A DNA stretch of 64,000 bases from Mobula hypostoma. Taxonomy: Eukaryota. The stretch spans positions 81,284,001-81,348,000 of the forward strand of contig NC_086108.1 in the NCBI RefSeq assembly GCF_963921235.1. The letters run 5' to 3'. A program made the translations under genes and the position numbers. The notes under the pieces were generated by a model. That model ran no database searches and was not told the DNA's origin. It saw only the letters and a program-made list of their open reading frames with translations. This document shows positions 1 through 11,410 of this stretch, piece by piece. The stretch's first letter is position 1, and every line of letters starts with the position of its first letter.

Positions 1-999
1 CCAAAATAACCATCAACAAAGTGAAGTGAGGAACCAAAGAAACCTAAAACATATTTTCCAAACTCAGCAGCCATAGTATTACCAATACTCTCAGATGATC
101 GAAATAATCAAATGTAGATTTTACACTATCACCTGAACTTTTGAAGGATCGGTGCTGTTGGCTTCACCTAAGCAGATTACAAAACAACAAGATAAAATGA
201 TCTTGTCAGATTGTTTATAAATAGGACAGATATGCTTCCATTATCACAACTCAACTGTTGGTTGGATTGTGATCCAACCAAGGCCGTAATAAGGTTGCTC
301 CATTAGCAATCCAGCACGGTGGTTTCAAAATTTATAGTCAAGTTGAGAATTTTTCTTCAGTTTTTCAAAATATCCAAAAAAAAACACATTATTGGTGTAA
401 TGAGCCAAATTTTATGCAAGGTTCCTCCTGCTTTTACTCAATCTAGACTACTTATACTTATATCATTATAGTTGACAGTTGTGCGTTTTGAGATGGGCTA
501 GTCAACAAAACTGTGACAAACAAAGTGATCTAGCAAGGACAGTTAATGCTATGCCTGCCAGCAAGAGGATAGAATCAGGCATCAGCTGAGACAGGTAAAT
601 GGGTCAAATCAGGAAGACGCCCAGTAATAAATTAGCCTGTAAGGTAGATCAACGAGTTTAGGAAAGGGGATACAAGAGAGAATTGGATTTCATGCAAATA
701 ATGACTGATGATAGCTCCTTTCTTTGTTGTACGTCATGTCCAGAATGCCATATACCATTCTTCGCTGAATGTTCCCTGGCACTCAATGCAACCCATTCTG
801 GACATCCCAGAGCTCTTTATACCCAATGAATGCTCTTAGCATGTACTGCAGGGAACACAGTAGCTGGTTTGTGCACAGTAACTAATTTGTGCATGGTAAG
901 CTCCCATAAACAGCATTACATACATGACCGAATAATCTTGTTTTTTGGAGTCAGAGACCAATACAGCATAGAAACAGGCCCTTTAGCCCAACTTGTTCA

Positions 1000-1350
1000 T
1001 GAATCTGAATCAGAATCAGCTATAATATCACAGGCACACGTCCTGAAATTTGTTGTTTTGTGGCAGCAGTACATTGCAATATGTAACAAAAAATCTATAA
1101 CTTACAATAGGTATATATAAAAAATTAAATTAAAAAAGAGGAAAAAAAGTAGTGATGTAGTGCTCATTTCCATTCAGGGATCTGATGGCAGAGGGGATGC
1201 TGCTGTTCCTGAAACAGTGACTGTGTGTTTTCAGGCTCCTATACCTCCTTGACGGTAGCAATGAGAACGGGGCATATCCTAGGTGATGGGGTCCTTGGTG
1301 ATGGATGCCACCTTTCTGAGGCATCGCCTTTTTGCCAGCCATGGTGCCCT
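1000..1350 (-). mobile_element. Rex1/Babar-like LINE 3' remnant
   Basis: ORF 1130-1375 reads FSLLPSRRYRSLKTHSHCFRNS, matching the Rex1-type RT C-terminus seen intact at 35372-36334. A gaatc-repeat tail lies at ~1000-1018. Confidence 0.7.
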
Positions 1351-1510
1351 CCATGCAAATCCTATTTGCCTGCATTTAGGTAATTTCTAAGCCCCTACAA
1401 CCCGAATACTTACCCAAATCCAAACCCTTATAATGTTGTTCAGGAGATAAACATTACTTTGTACAAAGGTACACCAGCTTGCATTATTCCTCAAAAAGTC
1501 TCAGAGAATA

Positions 1511-2297
1511 AAAAAATAAACGGGCAGACTATTATTTAAATGGGGAAAGAATTCAAAGTTCTGAGATGCAACGGGACTTGGGAGTCCTCATACAGGATAC
1601 CCTTAAAGTTAACCTCCAGGTTGAGTCAGTAGTGAAGGAGGCGAATGCAATGTTGGCATTCATTTCTAGAGGAATAGAGTATAGGAGCAGGGATGCGATG
1701 TTGAGGCTCTATAAGGCGCTGGTGAGACCTCACTTGGAGTACTGTGGGCAGTTTTGGTCTCCTTATTTAAGAAAGGATGTGCTGACGTTGGAGAGGGTAC
1801 AGAGAAGATTCACTAGAATGATTCCGGGAATGAGGAGGTTAACATATGAGGAACTTTTGTCCGCTCTTGGACTGTAGTCCTTGGAGTTTAGAAGAATGAG
1901 GGGAGACCTCATAGAAACATTTCGAATGTTAAAAGGCATGGACAGAGTGGATGTGGCAAAGTTGTTTCCCATGATGGGGGAGTCTAGTACGAGAGGGCAT
2001 AACTTAAGGATTGAAGAGCGCCCATTCAGAACAGAAATGCGAAGAAATTTTTTTAGTCAGAGGGTGGTGAATCTATGGAATTTGTTGCCATGGGCAGCAG
2101 TGGAGGTCAAGTCATTGGGTGTATTTAAGGCAGAGATTAATAGGTATCTGAGTAGCCAGGGCATCAAAGGTTATGGTGAGAAGGCGGGGGAGTGGGACTA
2201 AATAGCAGAATGGATCAGCTCATGATAAAATGGCGGAGCAGACTCAATGGGCCGAATGGCCTACTTCTGCTTCTTTGTCTTATGGTCTTATGGTCTA
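1511..2297 (+). mobile_element. CR1 LINE, 5'-truncated ORF2 C-terminus and 3' UTR
   Basis: ORFs 1566-1877 and 1881-2201 are in the same frame, split by one stop. Motifs RDLGV, LYKALVRPHLEYC, LERVQRRFT, RRMRGDLIETF, FFSQRVVNLWN; (tatggtct)n tail. Confidence 0.93.
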
Positions 2298-4220
2298 ATA
2301 CTTCATCTGGGAGGCAGATATAGTATTAATTTGATGTTTGAATTGAAATATTGCATCCATAAAGGTGATGAGTGTCAATCTAGATTTTAGTATTCTTGTC
2401 TCTGCAGCACGATTGGAACATGGAACATTCTGACTTAGAAGCAAAATTGCTACCAAATGAACCTTCTCATTGTGTTATGATAAGTGCTCTAAATGAGAGC
2501 CATTGATCAGATTAGCAGCCCAAAAAGTATATATGAATCAATTAAGTGTATCTCCATGGGCCAGTAAAGGATGAAAGGATTATTAACAGTGCTTGTCCAG
2601 AAAAGTTCATGTTTAAATAAGTTCCTGTAACTACTTTTTTAAGGCGCATGATGTGTAAATGAATAAAATGAATTGATTTTTCCCATGAAGAGTTTAAGAT
2701 TCAAAGTGGAAATCAATAGGGAGACACACAGACTCTGTTTAGAATTAACACACTTTCTGATCAGTTACCACATTAATGTAATCCAGCTTTTCCACAATGT
2801 TCCTGCTACTTTTAAAAGCTTATGACCCTTTTGCTGGGCCCTCTTCATTTGTACTTTCAACCATTAATGTGTTGTGATTAATCGCTCAATGAATATATTA
2901 AGTTCAAAGCATTGTCTCATGAAAATTTTTAAGGACAGAGTTACTCTAAACTGAATTCTTCAACAAGAAGGGGTTCAAATATTAGGAAATTTCTTTTATA
3001 AGAAGCCTGCAGGTGACATTCATTCTTTATCAGCCATCTAATCATATGGTAACTTTAACTCAAATCTCCTTTAAAAGCACCTTTGAATCCAGCATAAACC
3101 AGCTCCTCATCAAAAATTAATGAAAAATTAAGCTTAAAACTGGCAATATGAAGAACTGAATAAGAAATGGCAGCTGCCTCTGGGAGCAGCAAAGGAAAGC
3201 AAAGATAGTGGTAAAAAAGTAAGATCTACAAAACTTGGGAGGCGCACATTTGGATATTAATATATGATTTTTTTAATGTTTTTGACTGTAAATCCACTTT
3301 CCATTCTTCTAACAGAAATACTAATCCATTTATTTTGTAAGTGTCGGTTGTACTTCTGCTATTGCGTAGAGAGCATTTTCAAGCAAATAAGTTACAATTT
3401 AAAATTATATATATAGCTGGATTTCCTAATTTCAAGGTCTAAGGACTTTAGTATTAATCAGTGAAACTTTATCTCACTTTAAACAATGTTAACCTTATTC
3501 ACAGATTTACTCTTGTAACTCATATATTCTGATTTTTAAAAATATTAACTGCTGCCTCAGTGCCTTCTTTGGTTAAATTTCTCATTTTGGAACTAAATTA
3601 AAGAGAGAAAATATTCTTCTTTGAAATTGAAAAATTCAGCTTTTACAACATGTTTTCATCTCTGGATACCAGAATACTTGTTAATGATTGTTTTTATGAG
3701 GCTCCTTTTTCATTTACCCGTTCAATGATTGTCATTGTCTGCATACATTGGAAGCAAAATTTGACGTCAGTAAAACATGAAACAAGAAGAAATTAGGTTG
3801 TCCACCAACTCTGAACACCAAGTCAATATGAATATTATCAATGAAGTACATAGCAGGCAGCTGAACACCTTTCCTTATTTTCAAGCCTCCCATTATTATT
3901 GCTACTGTCCCCTATAAGTTTCAGAGGTGCCATAAAGCAGGAAGGAGGAGATATAAATTGATGAATATTCTATGAACACTACTATAAGTCTTTAAACTAA
4001 CAATATCTACTTGTACAGTACAACTTCCAGGGAAAGTAACCAAAAGCATATAACCTTTTTGCACAAGTTCTATCAAGCTCCAGCAAAATGGAGGTGTGCT
4101 GTGGTCAGATCCTGGTACATCTGAGGTCAGATATATAATATACCGTCTGAGTTCAGATGAAAGCTATGAATAATGAGATGGCCATCTGGCCATACCTTTA
4201 GATTACAGAGGGTAATTTTA

Positions 4221-6060
4221 GACCATAAGACATTGGACCAGAATTAGGCCATTCGACTCATCAAGTCTGCTCCACCATTCCATTATGGCTGATTTATTTT
4301 CCCTCTCAACCCTATTCTCCAGCCTTCTCTCTGTAACATTTGACACCCTTACTAATCAAGAATATATCAACCTCTGCTTTAAATATATCTAATGACGGCC
4401 TTCACAGCCGTCTGTGGCAATGAATTCCACTGAGTCCCCACCCTCCGGCTAAAGATATTCCTCCTTATCTCTGTTCTAAAGGAATGTCCTCTGATCCTGG
4501 ACTCCCCCCTATAGGAAACATTCTCTCCATGTCTGCTCTACATAAGTCTTTCAATATTCAATAGGTTTCAGTGAGATTCCCCTCAATTTTCTAAACTCCA
4601 GCAAGTTCAGGCCCAGACCCATCAAAAATGCTCCTTCAACATTAACCCTTTCATCCCCAGAATCATTTTCATGAACCTCCTCTGGACCCTCTCTAATGCT
4701 AGCACATCCTTTTTTAGATAAAGGGCCCGAAACTGCTTACAATGCTCCAAGTGCAGTCTGACCAGTACCTTATAAAGCCTCAGCATGACATCCTTGCTTT
4801 TATATGCTCATCCTCTCAAAATGAATGTTAATATTGTATTTGCCTTCTTTACGACTGACTCAATTTGCAAGTTAAGCTTTAAGGAATCCTACTCTTTATC
4901 TACAGAGAAAAGGGAAAAAATTCTTCAATTAGTCAATACTTCTTCAATGTGTGCCAGACACGCCCTGATATAACTTAAGGTGGTTCACGGGGCTCACATA
5001 TCCAAGGATAAGTTAGCTCGTTTTTATTTCCACATAAATCCTGTTTGTGATAGATGTAATTTTGAGGTAGCTTCCTTGACACATATGTTCTGGTCTTGTT
5101 CTCTTCTAGAAAAATATTGGAAAGGTATTTTTGATATTATTTCAGTAGTTCTGCATATTGATTTACAACCTCATCCTATTACTGCAATTTTTGGATTACC
5201 AGTAATAGACTCTAGTCATTTATCCTTGTCAGCTTGCCGTTTGATTGCACTTGTTACATTAATAGCCAGAAGATCCATTTTATTTAAATGGAAAGACTCT
5301 AATCCCCCCACTACATTTCAATGGTTTTCCCAACCGATAGCATGCCTAAACTTGGAAAAAATTAGGAGTGGTACTATGGATCCTTCGGTTAAATTTGAAG
5401 AAACTTGGAGGCCATTTATTCAATATTTTCGTATAATGTAAGTTGACCCTTTCTGAATCCTTTGTAGTAATTTTTTTTGTTCATGTATAGAGGAGCGGAG
5501 TTAATGACAAATAATAATTTTAGCCAAGGTAATATGACAGCCCAAGCTTTGTTTGTTTTTTTTTTAGTTTAGTTTTTCTTTAGTTTAGAGGGTTTTCTTT
5601 TTTTCTCTTTATAAAGTATCTTTTTCATGGTCAGTTACTTGAGATTGGGAGGCTAAACTATATTTGTTACTTGGAATCTGTGCTTGTACATGTTAACTGT
5701 TATTATTGTAATCCCGATCTCTACGTATCATTACTACTATTGTTATGTTTAATTTGAAACTTAATAAAAAGATTGAAAGAGAAAGAAAGGAATCCTGCAT
5801 AAGGACTCTCAAGTCCCTTTACACCTCTAATTTCCGAATTTTCTCCCCATTTAGAAAACAGTCTATGCCTTTCTTCCTTCTATGAAAGTGTATAACTAAA
5901 CACTTCCCTACACTATATTCCATCTGCCACTTCTTTATCCTTTCTCCTAATCTAAGTCCTTCTACAAACTCTGCTTCCTCAACATTACCTACCCTCTACC
6001 TATCTTTGTATCGTCTGCATACTTGGCCACCAAGCCATCAATTTCATCATCCAAATCATT
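4221..6060 (-). mobile_element. CR1 LINE fragment (4221-4890 and 5787-6060) interrupted by an L1 fragment
   Basis: Reverse complement of the CR1 3' end and RT C-terminus; the sequence resumes across a duplicated aaggaatcct. Confidence 0.85.
4891..5786 (+). mobile_element. L1-clade LINE, 5'-truncated ORF2 C-terminus with CCHC knuckle, 3' UTR and A-rich tail
   Basis: ORF 4980-5441 contains CDRC...LTHMFWSC. T-rich UTR, aataaa then an A-rich tail; 10-bp direct repeat aaggaatcct at 4881-4890 and 5787-5796. Confidence 0.85.
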
Positions 6061-6984
6061 GCTGGAAGTAAAGTCTGGAGAAAGGATCAATAAATCTTTG
6101 GGGGATTCTTATATTGCTTCCCAGACAGGATAGTATTGATTGCACTCAAAAAACCCCTTCCCACTTGTTCATGCTCAGACCTCTGATCAGTTCCTCCATC
6201 ACTTCCTTGGGGAACACCTCCTTGTGGCAGCTTTCATATTAACATATACAGATGACTATATTTGTATTCCCTCATGATGCAAAAGGCCATTCTATCTATT
6301 GAGTCTCTCAGACCAATCCTATTTCTCCATGAACTCCCCTGCAACCTATTCTCTCATATCCTCTGACTTGAGATCCTAGTGCTATTTTCAGGGACCAATG
6401 TGTTGACCATTGTTTGCTCATTGGCGATATTAGACAGGACTAACCTGTGATCTTCAGCTGTACATTTATGGCCTTCATTAGTACAGAAGTACATGGAAGA
6501 AGCTGAATCTCTTTTCTGGTTGCACAAGCACCAGGCTCTATAGTTGAACCTTGCCTCCCTGTGTCGAGTCTCCAACATTCAGCTCAGCAGAAGGGAGGAG
6601 CCACTAGATTTCTAGTCTTCTTCTCATTGATGAGCTGCCAGCAGAAAGTCAATCTGAGCAATTGGGAAGTTCTGTGCAAGTGAGAAGCCCACTGCATGTC
6701 TTCGACAAAAATCATCTCTTTTGACTCTTCAGCAGTCCAAGGAAATAATATGTATGTGCCTATTGTTTATGGTTTAGTATAGCATTCAGAAAGTAACCCT
6801 CAGAGCAGCAACTTTAGTCTTGGCAATTGTATTCTGGAGAGCACAGGCTTACAATGGTAAAAGGCACATTGGTGTCGAATATGTTCTTCAAAGTCTGAAC
6901 TGGTTTGCAGTTTAAAACATTGAGGATAAGCACAGATTGAACTATCCAAGGCTATGATAAGGGGAGCCATGTGATTTTCCAGTA

Positions 6985-7176
6985 AAGTAGATGTTGGAAA
7001 TCAGAAAAAGAAGCAGAAGATACCAGGAATACAGTCCAGAGCAACCAGCATCTGTTGAAAAAGAAATAGCTGAGGTTTATGTAAATGACCTTTCATTAGA
7101 ACCTTTATGAAGTCATTGACCTGAAATGTTGATTCTACTTCTCTCTCCACAAATCTTGCCTAATCTACTGTATTTT
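6985..7176. repeat. Old, short inverted pair of PLE terminal sequence
   Basis: Degenerate agatgttggaaa...agcatctg on the left, and gacctgaaatgttgattc...ctctccacaaatcttgcc on the right in opposite orientation. Confidence 0.5.
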
Positions 7177-9239
7177 TAATTATGTGTGATATTCTTGATG
7201 TACGAGATGAGGTGAGCCAATTGACTGACTTCAGCTGTGCTTATATTTGGCCTTCTGCAAGTAGATGTAACCTTGGTACAAATTTATCTTGGATTAAGTT
7301 AATGGAAAATAGGGCAGGGAGTTAAATATACTACCAAATTACTAATATGCATTTTCCAAAATCCTATGACCCTTTATTTCTGATGGATTTGCATAGCTCT
7401 TATGACCTTGAATTGTGATGCTAATTCCTTTATTGTTCACTGTTTTGTGGAATATTAATTGTTCAGAGTAGATATTTGAGAAAGAAGGATTGATATAGTT
7501 GAAATAATGTAATTAAAGGGGAAACCAAAACAAGTGGTTATAAACATTAAAAAGTCACTAACTACCAATAAGCACAATAAGGAATTCAATAGTAACATTT
7601 TTCTTCTTAAGCAATTGATTCTGCTCCTTCTAAAATTATTTTGCTATGACATTTGTTATGAAATCTCTGAATATTTTCTTCCAAAAGTGCATAATCACTT
7701 CTAACAGATTTCACCCCATTCTGTGACCTGAATCCAAGGAAAAAGCTAAAGTCTTAAAACCAGATGTCTCACTAATTGTGCATGTCCCTACCCATTTCTT
7801 GCATTCCTCATTAATACCACTGCTTAGCATTTGATTCAACAAAAGCCCAGGCATCATTCCGATGATGTGCCTACTTATCTGTTCATTTTTGCTTTGCTTG
7901 AATTCTACCTCCATGCATCAATGCAAAATTGTCTTATTTACTTTTCAAATGAATAGAGCAATAGAAATTTATCCATTCTATGCCTGTACCAAGCATAATT
8001 CAATTACTTTTCTTGCTAAAACTATGAATTTTTATGCTTATTAGAAACAACATATAAATTTAAAATTAATTGACTTTAATTATATTGTTTTATTTTAATG
8101 AATTAATGTTTTCAAGAGCTAACAGTGGTGCAATAATGTCTGTTGGTAGGAACAAGATCCTAGTGTGTAAAGACATTCCCGCCTTAAATTAATTTCCTTA
8201 TTTACATAATCAAATTAATTATATGGAAGGATGTCTCTTTAGTTTTGTGCTCTAAATGTTTGACACCTGCAATGTGCTCTATAGATTCTTTACATGTTTG
8301 AAATGATATACTCGTGCTGGAATCTAGTAGGCAGAGATGAGTTTTCAGCTGTTCAATAAATGGTGTTATCACCTACAAGTACATAGCATCTGTCATGAGC
8401 CAATTTGGAGTGGTTGATGCATTTTAAAAAGGGCATTTCTTCTGATATTCTCTAAGAATACTGTAACTATATATGCTTGTTGTGAATGGTCAAATTAATT
8501 TCACTGGCTCTTTCTTGAAAAGAGCAGTTTGAATATTTTTCAATTGTAAAACGTAAAGTAAGCCAATTATTTAGCGCCCTGCTAGTCAGAAGTTTCATGG
8601 GTGAGAATCCAGATCAGTTACTGAGACACAAATAAAGAAGACTCCATATATATCCTTGAAATATTTCAAATTATAGCATTTCTATATGTTGTTTTACAGA
8701 CACATTTTTCACAGATTCCGCCCCCCCCCCCAGTGTGTTGTAACCAACATTTATCTGGTCCATACTCTTTGTGTAGATGGTCAACACCATAATTAAAGCA
8801 AAGACTGTCAGTATCAGACAGGATAAAATAGCCATTTGGTTTCAAATTTCCTTTTCAAATGTATGAACTTTGTTACTGAAAGGCCATTCAGGTGTTGGTT
8901 TTTTTTCCACAAAGTGTATAGAAGTACAGAAATATAGAATACTGAAATGGGAGTAGGCTAATCAAGTTCAAGTTCAAGTTTAATCAATCCTTCGGACCTG
9001 CTCCAACTTTCAATATGATCATGGCTAATCACCTATTTCAGTACCATAGGCCTTCTCCCTAAATCTCTTGATCCCTTTACTGTTTATCTCTTCCTTGTAT
9101 ATATTTAATGTCTTGATCTCCCCTGCCTTCTAAGTGGAGACCTCCACAGATTTACTCAGCTCTAGTTGAAGAAATCTCTCCTGACTTTGGCTCTAAATGA
9201 TCATAATATCAGTTTCTATATTCACCAGACATTTAGAGC

Positions 9240-11410
9240 AATCTCCCTGCCTCTAGTCATCTATTCCACCAGCTGTGAAGGGGATCCACCGCTAGCTACA
9301 TTTTTCCCTCTCTACCCCTTTCCACCATCTACAGAGCCTATTCTCTCCACAACTCCCTGGTTTGCTCATCCTTCCCCAATCATCAGGGAGGAGGTACAGG
9401 AGCCTGAAGGTACACACTCAACAATTTGGGAACAGCTTCCTGCCCTCTGCCATCCAATTTCTGAATGGACATTGAACCCATGAACACTACATCACTACTG
9501 TATCCCCTCCCCATCTGTTTCCATCTGCCTTTCATCTCTTTCTTAATTTTACCATCCTTATGTACTTGTAGTCTTTGTGTTCCCACTTATCACCCTCCAG
9601 CAGCTGTCTCCAGCTTTCCTCTCCTCTGCCCTCATTTAGGCCATAAGACCATAGGACACAGGAGTAGAATTAGACCATATGGTCCATTGAGCCTTCTCTG
9701 CCATTCCAATATGGCTGACTTATTATTCCCTCTCAACCTCATTCTCCTCTTAACCTTTGTCGCCCTGACTAAGCAAGAAGCTTTAAATTTCTGCTTTAAA
9801 TATACCCAATGATTTGGCCAGCAAAGACATCTGTGGCAATGAATTCCACAGATTCATTTCCCTCTGGCAAAAGAAATTACTCTTCATCTCTGTTAGGCCC
9901 TCTGGTCCCCTTCTACAGGAAACATTTCCACATCTACTCTATCTAGGTACTTTAATATTTGATAGGTTTTAAGATTTGACAGGCCCTCCACTTATCTTTA
10001 TATCACCTACAAACTTGGCCACAAAGCCATTAATTCTGTCATCCAAATCATTGAGATATATTGTGAAAAGAAGCGGTCCCAACATCAACTCCTGTGGAAC
10101 AGCACTCGTCAAACCATAAAAGTCCCCCTTTATTCCCTCCCGCCAGTTAGCCAATCTTCTATCCATGCCAGAATCTTTCCTGTAATACCATGGACTCTTA
10201 TCTTGCAGAGCAGCCTCATGTGCTGTACCTTGTCAAAGATCTTCTGAAAGTCCAAGTAAACAACATCTACTGATTCTCCTTTGTGTATCCTGCTTGTTAT
10301 TTCCTCAAAGACTTCCAACAGATTTGCCAGGCACTGTTTCCCCTTGAGGAAACCATCATGACTACCCTATTTCATCATGTGCCCTCAAGTACCCTAAAAC
10401 TTTATCCTTAAATAATGGACTCCAACAGCTTCCCAACCACTGAAGTCAGGCTAACCAACCTACAATTTCTTTTCTTCTGCCTCCCTCCCTTCTTAAACAG
10501 TGGAGCAACATTTGGAATTTTCCAATCTTCTGGAACCATTCCAGAATCTAAAGATTCTTGAAAGATCAATGCCTCCACAATTTGTTCAGCCACCTTTCAG
10601 AACGCTGGGGTGTAGTCCATCTGATCCAAGTGACTTATGTGATCTTTCAGCTTCCCAAGTACCTTTTCCTTATGGATAGCAACTGCACTCACTTATGCCC
10701 ACTGACACATTCAAATTACTGGCATACTGCTAGCGTCTTCCACAGTGAAGATTGATGAAAAATACTTAATAAATTTATCCGTCATTTCTTTGTCCCCTAT
10801 TATTACGTCTCCATGTCATTTTCCAGCAGACTGATATCCACCCTCACCTTTCTTTTACTCTTTATGTATTGTAACTGAAAAAACTTTTGGTATCTTCTTT
10901 TATAATATTGACTTGCTTGCCTTCATATTTTATCTTTTCTCTCCTTATGCCTTCTGTTGGTTTTTAAAAGTATCTCAACCCTTTAACTTCTGATACATTT
11001 AACTATATTATATGCCCTCTCTTTAGCTTTTGTGCTGTCTTTGACTTCTGTTGTCAGCTACAGTTGCTTCATCCTCCCTTTAGAATGCTTCCCCATCTTT
11101 GGGATGTATCTGCACCTTCCGAATTTGACTCCATCTGTCTCTTTTTACCTTGGTCTACATCTACCTATTACCCACCTGACTCTGTCTCTCAACACTATCC
11201 CTCACCCTCTGCTACCTAATTCATTCTGCCCATCATCTCTAACCCCTCTCCTCCTTATACCATACTCTTCCCTCTCCACTCTCAGTCCTGACGCAGGGCC
11301 TTGTCCTGAAATGTAAGCAGTTCCAGTCCCCTCTCCGATGCTGCTCAACCTGCTGAGTTCCTTCAGGAGTCTGGTTTTTGCTCTCAATTCCAGCATCTGA
11401 CATGTTTTAT
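9240..11410 (+). mobile_element. Decayed Penelope-like element (9240-9380, 9500-9635, 11112-11410) split by a CR1 insertion
   Basis: 9240-9380 resembles the PLE RT-to-endonuclease linker (DP..HIFP.PPLS-like). Pyrimidine-rich tail; terminus with a decayed hammerhead at ~11283-11320 and gatgctgc..cctgctgagttcc. Confidence 0.6.
9640..11110 (-). mobile_element. CR1 LINE ORF2 fragment, internally deleted
   Basis: ORF pieces VPEDWKIPNVAPLFKKG, LVSLTSVVGKLLE, VDVVYLDFQKIFDKV, VPQ..LGPLLF, KFVGD. Confidence 0.9.

Noticed and set aside
2364..2440. GTGATGA ... CTGA spacing suggestive of a C/D-box snoRNA
   Set aside because: No convincing terminal stem, and the 3' part looks like the reverse complement of a decayed tRNA-SINE head.
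4101..4158. Repeated tctgaggtcaga / tctgagttcaga quasi-palindromes with nuclear-receptor half sites
   Set aside because: Too short, with non-canonical spacing; compatible with a small local duplication or chance.
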